Source: a virus. Taken from it: a stretch of 64,000 nucleotides of DNA. The notes below the pieces were generated by a model. That model was not told where the DNA came from, searched no databases, and was given only the letters and a program-made list of their open reading frames with translations. Of this stretch, positions 52,201 to 61,361 are shown one piece after another; the first letter of the stretch is position 1, and the number at the start of each line of letters is the position of its first letter. The stretch lies in IMG/VR virus record IMGVR_UViG_3300027815_000003, positions 1 through 64,000 of that record, one strand, 5' to 3'. Made by a program: the position numbers and the translations under genes.

Positions 52201-54499
52201 CATCTAATTGTTTCTCTTTTATTTTATTAAAATATTCTTCATGGTATTTCACTCTTACTGGATGATATGACATTGGAATATTTCCATCTGGGTGATTTGT
52301 TGGTGTATTAGATTCTGTATGATTATGTAATCCAGAACCTTGCGCCTCTATTGCAATAAACTCACTTTTTTGTAATGGTACTTCTTCAAAAGTATCTCTA
52401 TTTATTTTATGTGTAAAATTTACACTATTGATATCAAAGGCAATTACCTCATTGGATGGAACAGAATTAGAATATTTATCATCTATAATATTGTTCAAAA
52501 TAAGACCGTCATAACCAGAACTTTTAGCCTTATCTATTAATTTTTTCATTGGCAAATTTAACCAAGATACATTTTTAACATCAATTACAAATGGATTTTT
52601 TAATGAAACTTCTCCAGAATAAATATTTTTGCCATACCCATGTGCAGATGTCCAATTATCAGTTAAAAATACACCCTCACCAGTTTCCGAAACATTTACT
52701 TTTGGATTTATGAAATCTGAATCAGAACCATGAAAAATTTTTGCAACAATAGGCTCCCCAGTTTTAGCTTTATGTAATTCTGGAATTTTTTTCGGTTTAT
52801 TTATATTTTCTTGTTTTGCCTGTTCTTTATATTTATTGTGTTGTTCAATAAAATAATCTGGATGATTTTCAACAGATATTGGATGCCTATACCATCCATC
52901 ATGTTCATGTGTTGGTGCAACGCCAGGAACCCCAGCTTCTATCTTAATACTTTTTTGTAAATATTTTTCCTTTACATATTTTAATGCTTCATCTTTATTT
53001 GTTAAAACACCATTTTCTTGTTTATCTTTTATATCTAAAAGAACATTACCTAATTCTTTCCCAGTTTTCATACCTAAGCCAAGTAGATCATTGCCAGTAA
53101 TTAATGGAATTACTTTACCACTTTCTGTCACACCAAATTGTTTAGAAACTTCTTCTAGTTTATTATTAAACCAATCTATTTCTTCTTTTCCAGGATTTAT
53201 TACTGTCCCGTCTTCATTTCTATGTAATCTACCCGTAACATCTGCCTCTGATACGGCAGATAATAATTGAAGTTTGTGCATTCCGTATTTATTTATAGCT
53301 TTTCTAAAAGCCGAATCAGAAGCTCCATCTCCATGAAAAGAAGCTGGCATTAAATGATGTTCTACTATAAATAAAACATTATCTACAATATCAGATTCAT
53401 TAGTTAATTTATCTAAAAATTTCTTAGCAGGTTCTACACCAGCCTCTTCGTGTCCTGGTTGAACTGGATAACCCTTATCACTTATTTTTGTAACTAGAGG
53501 TTTACCAATATCATGTAATAAAGAAGCATACATTATTATTTGTTTGTCTTTTAAATCTGTAAATCTTTTCGCAATTTCTGTAGCTTTATCAACAGTTAAA
53601 AGTATATGGTTCCATACATTTCCTTCTGCATGATAATCTGGTCTTTGTTCTGTTTCATGTAAAACATAAAATTCTGGATAATATCTTCTTAATACATCCA
53701 TAGAATCTAAAGCCTCTAATCCAACAGAAGGTTTAGGAGATTTTAATAATAATTTATTAAACTCTTCAAAAATTCTTTCTTTGGGAAGCTGAGATAAATC
53801 CATAGATGATGCTAATTTTATTGTTTCTGGAGCAATTGTAAATCCAAATCTAGCAGCAAACTGAGATGCACGATATACTCTTAATGCATCTTCCACAAAT
53901 GTTTTATCATCTATATGTCTGATAACTTTATTTTTTAAATCTTCTTCTCCTCCAAAAAAATCTAGCAATTGATTAGATTTTATATCAAACATTAATGCAT
54001 TTATTGTAAAATCACGTCTTCGTGCGGCACTCTCTGGTTGCATAAATGGATCTTCGGTTACTTCAAAATCTGTATGTTTTTCACCAATTTTTGATTCTTT
54101 TCTTGGTAAAGAAATATCAAAATTACCCACTTTAAATACAGCAAATTGAGCACCCACCTGCTCACTTTTTGCTCCCAATTCGTTATTTAATATATATCCT
54201 AATTTGTCTTTAGGAATTCCATAAACTTCTATATCAAAATCTTTAGGAGCAATTCCAAGTAAGGCATCTCTTACACCACCACCTACTAAACAAGGATTGC
54301 CATATTTTGATAAAACATTTGTTACTTTCGTTAAATCTACATCATTAAAAATAAATTGTTGTATATTTTTAACCGCAGTAAAAAAATCTTGATGATAAAC
54401 CACTCTTACAGGATGCTCTAACCAGCCATCATGTTTATGATAAGCAACTTTTTGCTTCATTATTAAGTTTTCCAGTATATTTAATTTATTTATTGTCAT
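49268..54499 (-). CDS. 1743-aa polyvalent protein: CCA-adding enzyme (NTase+HD), ART-like domain, two zincin metallopeptidases, GNAT acetyltransferase
   Basis: VGGGVRD..DFDIEV, RRDFTINA, EDALRVYR, HDIGK; FHGS...GVFLTD; two LIHEIGH...Y...EFFAECYAS; YQGKGISSKLL. Confidence 0.85.
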   Translation of the reverse strand: MTINKLNILENLIMKQKVAYHKHDGWLEHPVRVVYHQDFFTAVKNIQQFIFNDVDLTKVTNVLSKYGNPCLVGGGVRDALLGIAPKDFDIEVYGIPKDKLGYILNNELGAKSEQVGAQFAVFKVGNFDISLPRKESKIGEKHTDFEVTEDPFMQPESAARRRDFTINALMFDIKSNQLLDFFGGEEDLKNKVIRHIDDKTFVEDALRVYRASQFAARFGFTIAPETIKLASSMDLSQLPKERIFEEFNKLLLKSPKPSVGLEALDSMDVLRRYYPEFYVLHETEQRPDYHAEGNVWNHILLTVDKATEIAKRFTDLKDKQIIMYASLLHDIGKPLVTKISDKGYPVQPGHEEAGVEPAKKFLDKLTNESDIVDNVLFIVEHHLMPASFHGDGASDSAFRKAINKYGMHKLQLLSAVSEADVTGRLHRNEDGTVINPGKEEIDWFNNKLEEVSKQFGVTESGKVIPLITGNDLLGLGMKTGKELGNVLLDIKDKQENGVLTNKDEALKYVKEKYLQKSIKIEAGVPGVAPTHEHDGWYRHPISVENHPDYFIEQHNKYKEQAKQENINKPKKIPELHKAKTGEPIVAKIFHGSDSDFINPKVNVSETGEGVFLTDNWTSAHGYGKNIYSGEVSLKNPFVIDVKNVSWLNLPMKKLIDKAKSSGYDGLILNNIIDDKYSNSVPSNEVIAFDINSVNFTHKINRDTFEEVPLQKSEFIAIEAQGSGLHNHTESNTPTNHPDGNIPMSYHPVRVKYHEEYFNKIKEKQLDESLRRFEEKNKLRYKNNGEQKLPINWLFNKVVDFIGNKTDLSELDKTIIKERIFNAATWDYQFYYPKNDKDFGINEQERVLVVPFGFNGDTYHIYLTKDENIFFRKVENNVRPQDSPVFNFGVPSNDDYKLDHHITEKRYDKDGNTEDFEIGRRRDILENKIQDQDKRVFYDKNYDAIISWVPSDHLHKFTGISLNPNDFVEKEVGIYKGEIKKMQYIGFFHPINNGIELYGDADYFSLIHEIGHAVHLSTIGRILGMDLMEENHKLFEEASDRNMGFPSNYSKTNEREFFAECYASYLTSKTSFKDRNYKAFLFMEKVFEHMKGIDDNYLNFGIAKSENKEKESIGDPKGVGRFEEGLPNLGKDEQIEKQFTPKNFNPIRTLTSAFKHETSGKLAQHTHEEHPQNHPDGNMIFPLHPVSVDFHQRWFEEQKEKQGKTGEVQNRGDLFKPSEFELERRKTLYKQLVVDDFSKDMFNGPHYKNIISGGPPASHLLKISKISISNEYWLDNEEDVVKNLGKGIKSISGIYYPDNNSIRLSKGADSFDLIHEIGHSLLHGTVGRQVKDRYFDKIESIYDHCINTDSGFPTDYAREDAYEFFAECYASFVTQNKHFQKRNRQMYDAVHEIFEYFRDADDVFLSTGILKSEDNKKIFIDPKGVGIFNPNLPDLIEDGSEEKIENQNPPRPGLVPQSGDWQHPDRWVLPEEAEKYKEESVKTEEPKKKPVQLHSTLQTSKSMYDKDIRSFSKGNWGLDTIQNMFASNMDNVDVEMTQLTNSLDVEMSISFDLLDNTKERTPSSGGPFGSMVRTFSRELDNKGIQRIIIKHDQLSLLKSYQGKGISSKLLDSMEDEYKKNGVYAIDLDTDEIGCYAWALQGYDFVSKYNLDKIKNHFIKTLRIKLSKNIINQVQFEKMIKEVGNFTHSWEFASWNPTKTQWGKHIGKAWLLNTPWRGRKILSDDNEGYRIGKQYRERKNATTKI

Positions 54500-54974
54500 T
54501 TAGATAAACAATCATATTATTGAGAGATTTTATATCTTCATTTAAAATACCAATAGCTTGATTACAATTGTTGCAAAGTAACCCACGTACCTTACCAGTA
54601 ATATGGTCATGATCAATACAACACCTTATTTTTTTTGTCAAAATATTTCCACATATAAGACATAAATTACATTGTTGAATTACCAAAAAATTATATTCTT
54701 CTATAGTCAAATTATATAATTTTTTAAGCCTATATTTTAAATATCTATCATCAGATAATTCAGAATGATTACTTCTTTTTGTGGCATCTTTACCTTTATT
54801 AGAAAGATAATATCTTAAATCTTTTTCTTTACCTTTATTACTTTTACGATATTTACTTCTGGTATTATAAAAACAAATTTTACATCTTAGACTTAGGATA
54901 TTATATTTAACTCCTCTATCATTATCAATATTTATTTCATGCATATTTTTACAATACAATATATCTTCAGTCAT
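54486..54974 (-). CDS. endonuclease VII family protein
   Basis: QCNLCLICG...IDHDHITGKVRGLLCNNCN. Confidence 0.85.
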   Translation of the reverse strand: MTEDILYCKNMHEINIDNDRGVKYNILSLRCKICFYNTRSKYRKSNKGKEKDLRYYLSNKGKDATKRSNHSELSDDRYLKYRLKKLYNLTIEEYNFLVIQQCNLCLICGNILTKKIRCCIDHDHITGKVRGLLCNNCNQAIGILNEDIKSLNNMIVYLNDNK

Positions 54975-55404
54975 TATTACTATCCAAATATTTTATAGCA
55001 TTATTTATAATTTCAGGATTTTCTTTAAATAAACCTAATCCAGTATTACAATCTTTACATAATAATCCTCTAACATTATTTCTAATATGATCATGATCTA
55101 TACAACAAATTATTTCTTTATCAAACAACCTTCCACAAATTAAACAAGAATTACACTGTGTCATAATTAAAACTAAATATTGTTCAAAAGAAATGTTATA
55201 TTCATTTTTTAGCCATGAATTAACCAAATTACCAGATTCTTTTCTTTTTAATACGTTCTCTTTTCCCTTTTCAGAATTATTATATTTATCAGATGATTTT
55301 TTCTTAGTTAAACAATAACATAGTTTACATCTATTGCTTAGTTCTTTATATTTTTCCCCTCTATCATTATTTCCATCTATTAAATGATTATGTTTACAAT
55401 ACAT
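54967..55404 (-). CDS. endonuclease VII family protein (tandem paralog)
   Basis: QCNSCLICG...IDHDHIRNNVRGLLCKDCN. Confidence 0.85.
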   Translation of the reverse strand: MYCKHNHLIDGNNDRGEKYKELSNRCKLCYCLTKKKSSDKYNNSEKGKENVLKRKESGNLVNSWLKNEYNISFEQYLVLIMTQCNSCLICGRLFDKEIICCIDHDHIRNNVRGLLCKDCNTGLGLFKENPEIINNAIKYLDSNND

Positions 55405-55422
55405 TTTAAGTTTTCTAGGATT

Positions 55423-56454
55423 TTAGTTTTTGAAAGCACCAATATAATACTCTAATTTTTCTTCATTTTCAGATATAATAGATTTGTTTATTTTCCACCA
55501 GTTTATTCTATCTATTAAATCCATTTTTCTTATTTCTTGTATTTCATTATTCCAATTACTTTTTTCTACATCTTTTGTAAAATCTTTTACTATTATTTTT
55601 TTATCTTTATCCCAAACTTCTATTCTATCAAATTCAAATTCGTCTTGTGGTATCTCTTTATTAGGTAATTCTTCATCTTTTTCTATATATTTTAATGTAA
55701 TATGTGGTGTAAAAATTGGGAAATCGTTACTTACAATTAATCTTTTTTCTTCCATTACTGGGATGAGTGCATTTCTCCATTCGTCTATTCCAGGAATAAC
55801 AAGTGTCGCAACTACTGCAGATTTAACATCACTTTCTTTTGTCCCAAATTTTTCTAACTTCCCAGTTAATTTACCAATAGAAGGGGGTAAAGAGAAACTA
55901 GATATAATTTCTACTACATTAGAATTCCAGGGATAAGGAAGAAAAACAAGAGTAACATGCATATTCTCTTTTTTCTCTCCACCATCTATATATAATTTAT
56001 CTTTTATGTTTTGTGGGGGGATTAATACAATAACTCCACCTTTATAATCTATTTTATTATCATCTTTTACTTTAGTTTGAGATAACTCATTACTTTTTTT
56101 TGGTTTATCTACTTTATTACCGCTTCCTATTTTAACCCATCTAGTTCCCCAAGTAATACCCTTTGCTGTTTTTATTGGAACTTTTCTTTTTATTAATTTT
56201 GATCTATCTCTATGTGGTGCGGAGTCTATTCTGGGTCTACCTTCCATAGTTTCTGGGATAGTATGTTGTTTATTCAAAGTTTCTACAAATTCATCTAGCT
56301 TTTTCTTTTTTTTATCTGGGCCAAGTCCAAATGTAGGGGTAAAAACATTACTATCTGTAGTTACAAAACTACCAGAATCACCACCATCTTGTTTTTGGAT
56401 ATCTTCTTCTTTGTTTTTTATTAATTCAATAAATTTATTTAACTGTTCTCCCAT
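55423..56454 (-). CDS. 2H phosphoesterase (Acb1-like) with N-terminal extension
   Basis: GGEKKENMHVTL and FTPHITL (two HxT motifs); next to the portal gene. Confidence 0.8.
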   Translation of the reverse strand: MGEQLNKFIELIKNKEEDIQKQDGGDSGSFVTTDSNVFTPTFGLGPDKKKKKLDEFVETLNKQHTIPETMEGRPRIDSAPHRDRSKLIKRKVPIKTAKGITWGTRWVKIGSGNKVDKPKKSNELSQTKVKDDNKIDYKGGVIVLIPPQNIKDKLYIDGGEKKENMHVTLVFLPYPWNSNVVEIISSFSLPPSIGKLTGKLEKFGTKESDVKSAVVATLVIPGIDEWRNALIPVMEEKRLIVSNDFPIFTPHITLKYIEKDEELPNKEIPQDEFEFDRIEVWDKDKKIIVKDFTKDVEKSNWNNEIQEIRKMDLIDRINWWKINKSIISENEEKLEYYIGAFKN

Positions 56455-56459
56455 ATTTA

Positions 56460-59400
56460 TTATTCCTCTTCAAAATAATCATTATCTAATGGTTTCTTGG
56501 GTATAAGTTTAGGTCTAATAGGTTGGGTCTGAACTGGTCTTTGTATATTAATTTCTTCAATTTTTATTAATTTACCAATAGCATCAAAAGAAGATACATA
56601 ATCTTTCCCATTCATTACAAAATAAACTCTATTCCCTTCATTATTAACATATTTTATTACTGGTGCGGTATACCCAGAACTAATTATTTGATTTATCCAC
56701 CCTCTTTGTTGTGTATCTACATCTGTAGAAAGGGCAATAGGAGGTGTAGATTCACCACCACCAATATCATCAGTACCAGTTGGATTAGTACCACCGAACA
56801 TAGCTTGTTGTGGATTCATTGCTTTACCAGAAACAATAAAATCAATATCATCAACACTACTTCCACTAGAGCGGATTTCCACATTAAATCCCATATTATG
56901 TAATTGGGAAGCTATTGCAGTTCTTTGTTGTGCAAAAGCAATTCTAGTCTGTTCTGATTTTTCTTCTGGTTGTGGTAAATATAATATCCAATCTGTTATT
57001 CCAAAAGCATAAAGAATTTTAGGGAATACTTTTTCGTGATATATTCTTTGATATCCTTCAACAACACGAGACATGACCACAAGCTGCTGGCTCTGTGAAC
57101 CGATACCACCACCAGAATCGGATGATGCCTGCCATACTGGAGTAACACCCCAAATTTCTGCAATTCTTTCTCTTATTTCTTGACGAACTGGTAAATACTC
57201 CATCTCTTGTAAAGTATGGAATAATCTTACCATATCAACACGACCTCTTTGATTTCTAGAGGATACCGCAACCATAGGGATATAATTATTATCCTGTCTG
57301 GTTTTGTTTTCCATTTCCTTTTGTGCTTTACGAACACTCTCAGGATCGTCCGTAAATACCATTATCATGGAATTTTTTCCCCAAACAGATTTACCATTTC
57401 TTCTTATAAATAAATTACCATGTGGAATTTCGACACAATAAACTTTACCATTATAATCTATCCATTCGTCATCATTTCTTTGTGTATTGACAGCTGCATT
57501 AAGAACTTTGGTAGAAAATTCCAAATAGTACATTCTATGCCAAGAAGGGTGCTCTGGGAAATCAATTATTCTATAATTACATGCCATTCCCAATTTAATA
57601 GCTATTTCCATTAAATCGTCTTTTAGCTGTATAGAACTTGTACAACAAACATCACCAAGTACCCAAGCATCAAATAATATTCTAAGTTGATCCTTAGATA
57701 ACGATAAATATTCTTTGGGAATAAATCTATCTACAGAATGACCAAATTGTTTTACATAATTTGATAATCTTACATCGTCGCAATGAAAACCACCTTTATC
57801 TACTCTCCATTTAAAAGGAAGTTCATTTAAATCTTTTTCTATTATAATTCGTTTATCTGGTGTTGTTTGTGCTATTGTAACACAAGTTTTTCTTACGCTA
57901 CCTTCTGATAAATAATAACCAAGAAATTTTAACCAAGAATTCATATTAATAATTAATTCTGGGTGATAGACTTCTTTATTAAAAGTAGGAAGAATAAATT
58001 TTTCATTATTATTAAATTCTTTAATATCATTATAAACATAATTATCAACACTTCTTTTTAATTCATTTCTATGTTTAGAATTATACTTAGAATCAATTTG
58101 TAAAAATGATACAGCAGTATCAACGAAAATCTTTTGAATATCAATTGGCAATAACTTGATATAATCTAATAGTTTTACTTTATCTATTTTATATAGAGAT
58201 AACCAATCATATAGTTGTTTACTACATGCTGATATTTTCGCATCACCATTTACCCAATTAAGTTTTATATTAGATATTATTTCCATTACTTTATCTAGAT
58301 AAACTTTATTTTTACCAGTAGATAAATAAACACGATTACCATTAACTATATAACCAAGAGAATACCAACAACCTAAAAATTTAGCCCAATCAACATAAGA
58401 CAAATTTATTTCATCCACATATCCATTAATATGGGAACCTTCTCTTAACACAAAATTATCTTTATTCTCTCCATTCCATTTAGCCCCACCACGAAGATGA
58501 TAAAGTTTTTTACCTTTTGCTTCTTCAGCCGTAATAGTAAAAAACTTTCCCACACTCCCGCTTTGTTTTTTAACCATCATTCTATGATTTGGTGTAACCA
58601 ATAAATTTATATAATGATTCTTTACAGAATACATTTTTCCATTATAATCATATTCATATACTTTATTGGGTTTTTCATATAATAAATTTTTATCATCATC
58701 TATTGTTATAAATTCACTATTATAATCAATATCTTTAAAATACTTCCAACCATCTTTTGTTAAAACTTCTGTTTGTTCATCATAACAGGCTGGCATTTTA
58801 CGGTTCCAAAAATAATTATACATATTTGAGTCCATCCCGATTAACGTCATCGCTTTATCCATGATAGTAAACACTGGACTTATACCCCAAAGTTCACCTG
58901 GGGTTAAATGTGAGGCATGTATAATCTCTGAATCAGTTAAATAGACATCTTTTCCCCTATGATGTAAGATATACATTGCTGGAACTAATTTTCTTCCGCA
59001 CTGTAAACAATTACCAGGTAATGAAGAAATTTCTTCATCTCTATGTAAATAACAAATAAAATGATTATTTTTAGGAAGTCCTTTTGCGTCTAGATCAAAG
59101 TCTATATCGGCTGGACTCATATTCCTTATTTCTATAACTTTAGAACGAACACTTCCCGTAATATCATCACTAAAATACTCTTTTACAACATAAAGGAGAC
59201 CATCATCTAATACCGCTAAATTAATATTAAATGCTTTTAATATTTCTTCAAACGAATTATCAAAAATATTAGCATCATTTAAATATAAATTAAATCTCTC
59301 TTTTTGTTTTTCATCTGGTTTAACTAAAGATTCGCTTCCGCATTTTTCGCATAATTCTTTTGTTTCACTATATTCTGTATTACAATTTTCACATTTTACA

Positions 59401-59708
59401 ACAAAACGAGGCTTCCAGGTTATCCCTCTTCTAAATACTTCCGAAGTTACATGCTGTATCGGGGCGCGAATTTCTGAAACTCTTGCATATAAACGAATAA
59501 ATTCTCTTAATGTCTGCATTCTTGCAGGCCCCTGATAAATACCATAAACACCCCAGTTCATGGTAACATCATTACCTATCGTTGGGGATTGAGCAGTTTC
59601 ATTTATAGCTTTTGTTATATTAACAAATTCAGTAATTTCATTTAACTTAGAAGTAGCCTTACTGAATTCTGACATTTCTGGAAATAAATCTTTTACCTTT
59701 TTAACCAT
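56460..59708 (-). CDS. phage portal protein with intein and Zn-ribbon insertions
   Basis: DDGLLYVVKEY, YLTDSEIIH, LWGISPV, MEYLPVRQEIRERIAEIWGVTP; position next to head genes. Confidence 0.8.
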   Translation of the reverse strand: MVKKVKDLFPEMSEFSKATSKLNEITEFVNITKAINETAQSPTIGNDVTMNWGVYGIYQGPARMQTLREFIRLYARVSEIRAPIQHVTSEVFRRGITWKPRFVVKCENCNTEYSETKELCEKCGSESLVKPDEKQKERFNLYLNDANIFDNSFEEILKAFNINLAVLDDGLLYVVKEYFSDDITGSVRSKVIEIRNMSPADIDFDLDAKGLPKNNHFICYLHRDEEISSLPGNCLQCGRKLVPAMYILHHRGKDVYLTDSEIIHASHLTPGELWGISPVFTIMDKAMTLIGMDSNMYNYFWNRKMPACYDEQTEVLTKDGWKYFKDIDYNSEFITIDDDKNLLYEKPNKVYEYDYNGKMYSVKNHYINLLVTPNHRMMVKKQSGSVGKFFTITAEEAKGKKLYHLRGGAKWNGENKDNFVLREGSHINGYVDEINLSYVDWAKFLGCWYSLGYIVNGNRVYLSTGKNKVYLDKVMEIISNIKLNWVNGDAKISACSKQLYDWLSLYKIDKVKLLDYIKLLPIDIQKIFVDTAVSFLQIDSKYNSKHRNELKRSVDNYVYNDIKEFNNNEKFILPTFNKEVYHPELIINMNSWLKFLGYYLSEGSVRKTCVTIAQTTPDKRIIIEKDLNELPFKWRVDKGGFHCDDVRLSNYVKQFGHSVDRFIPKEYLSLSKDQLRILFDAWVLGDVCCTSSIQLKDDLMEIAIKLGMACNYRIIDFPEHPSWHRMYYLEFSTKVLNAAVNTQRNDDEWIDYNGKVYCVEIPHGNLFIRRNGKSVWGKNSMIMVFTDDPESVRKAQKEMENKTRQDNNYIPMVAVSSRNQRGRVDMVRLFHTLQEMEYLPVRQEIRERIAEIWGVTPVWQASSDSGGGIGSQSQQLVVMSRVVEGYQRIYHEKVFPKILYAFGITDWILYLPQPEEKSEQTRIAFAQQRTAIASQLHNMGFNVEIRSSGSSVDDIDFIVSGKAMNPQQAMFGGTNPTGTDDIGGGESTPPIALSTDVDTQQRGWINQIISSGYTAPVIKYVNNEGNRVYFVMNGKDYVSSFDAIGKLIKIEEINIQRPVQTQPIRPKLIPKKPLDNDYFEEE
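57372..58787 (-). mobile_element. intein (472 aa) in the portal protein
   Basis: Starts CYDEQTEVLTKDGWK; VTPNH block B; ends FIRRNGKSVWGKN followed by Ser. Confidence 0.88.
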
Positions 59709-60214
59709 ATTCTATTATTTTTGAACAGCATCCATACCAATTATTTTTAGAATACTATCCATTCCTCTCATTTTTAATTGTGCGCTTTCTGTTATAGTTA
59801 ATTTAGATTCTAATTCTAATATTTTTTTATCTTTAACTAATAATTCATTTTTTAAACTATCTACCTCTTCTGTGTTTTTTTCTTCATCTGAAAAATTCAT
59901 TTTTTGGAGTAAATTAAGATTTTTAGCCTCTTTCATTAATTCAAAAAATGCACTTTCAGTTAAGATGGTAACACAAGGATGGTCATCTAAAGGTAAATCA
60001 TCATCTTGTGACAATGTATCCCAAACAGGATCATTTAGATCATAAATTCTCCATGTTTTTGTAATTTTATCCATATCTACCATATATGGAGATCCTTTAC
60101 TTTTTGCTAATGCTCTCGCTTCTCCCATTTAATTTATTCTCCTTATTATATTATACCATATTTTTTTAGTTATTTAAATCTAATCACATTTATTCCATCC
60201 GCATTTTTTACACT

Positions 60215-61147
60215 TCATAAAATAAATTCATTTAACTTACTCAATAATTTATCTAATAATTTGTCCGACTTAATTTCATTATACCACACAACTAATGTTT
60301 CATATCCGAATTTTCTAAAATGTTCTATTCTCTGTGTTTCTTCTTCTGGTTTGTGCCAATATTCTCCAAATAATTCAATCAATTTTTTATTATCATCATC
60401 AACAAAATCTGGACATTTTCCTCCCAAAATCAATTTTCCATCTCCAACAAATTTATATTTATTAGGAAAATTATAACTTAAAATTTTTAGTAGTAATAAT
60501 TCAGCTTTATTTGGGGAAATACTGCTTTTCCTGATTAAATTTCTAACATAATCCTCATCTTGCCATAATTGTTTTATACTAACAGATAGCAATTTTCTCG
60601 TTTTATCTGTTACTTCATGCCCCATATGTCCTTCTGAATTATGTCTCTTCCTCTCATCTGAATGTTTTTTACCCCTTTGTTTATTTGCTCTTTTTATAAC
60701 ACTTTCTATTGGCTGTTTTCTTCCTTTAGATTTTATCCCTATTTTTATTTTTTGCGCTTCAGATTCTTCTCTCCCTCTACATCCATGTCCAGATACATAT
60801 TTGTTTTTGCAATAATTTCCACAACCACATTGGCATAAATTATTTTTAACCTGTTTACTTCTTAGTTCTCTTATCTCTGCCACTCTACAAAATTTACAAT
60901 TATAATTTAATCCATCTTTTGTATTTTTAAGTTTACCAAATTCATTCTTACTTTTTATAATTTTACATTTAGAACATTTTTTAAATCCATCTAATATGAT
61001 TGGTTTTTCTGGGATAAAACCATATTTTTTGATATATTGATAATTAGATTTACATATTTTACAACAAGATCTAGTGCCATTTTTACCATTTCCTTTATTA
61101 AACTCGCTTTCATCTTTTTCAATTTTACATTTTGTACAAACTTTCAT
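60215..61147 (-). CDS. homing endonuclease: Zn-finger N-terminus, NUMOD3-like repeats, Vsr/DUF559-like nuclease
   Basis: MKVCTKC...; HSDERKRHNS; CPDFVDD...IELFGEYWH...LVVWYNE. Confidence 0.8.
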   Translation of the reverse strand: MKVCTKCKIEKDESEFNKGNGKNGTRSCCKICKSNYQYIKKYGFIPEKPIILDGFKKCSKCKIIKSKNEFGKLKNTKDGLNYNCKFCRVAEIRELRSKQVKNNLCQCGCGNYCKNKYVSGHGCRGREESEAQKIKIGIKSKGRKQPIESVIKRANKQRGKKHSDERKRHNSEGHMGHEVTDKTRKLLSVSIKQLWQDEDYVRNLIRKSSISPNKAELLLLKILSYNFPNKYKFVGDGKLILGGKCPDFVDDDNKKLIELFGEYWHKPEEETQRIEHFRKFGYETLVVWYNEIKSDKLLDKLLSKLNEFIL

Positions 61148-61206
61148 ATTTCATTTCACTCTCCTTATATATATAATATCATACTTTTTATATATAAGAA
61201 ATGTTT

Positions 61207-61359
61207 TTATTGATATTTTTGTACTAAATCATAAATTGCTTCATCAAGAAGTCTGGACATCGGAATTTTTAATTGTTTTGAAAGTTGTTGTAAAAGAAGA
61301 ACGGTTCTTTTATCAAGGGTATTACTAACTCGTATTCTGGTTTTTAGATCATTTTTCAT
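61207..61359 (-). CDS. ribbon-helix-helix protein (50 aa), paralog of 17708-17854
   Basis: MKNDLKTRIRVSNTLDKRTVLLLQQLSKQLKIPMSRLLDEAIYDLVQKYQ. Confidence 0.75.
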   Translation of the reverse strand: MKNDLKTRIRVSNTLDKRTVLLLQQLSKQLKIPMSRLLDEAIYDLVQKYQ

Positions 61360-61361
61360 AA

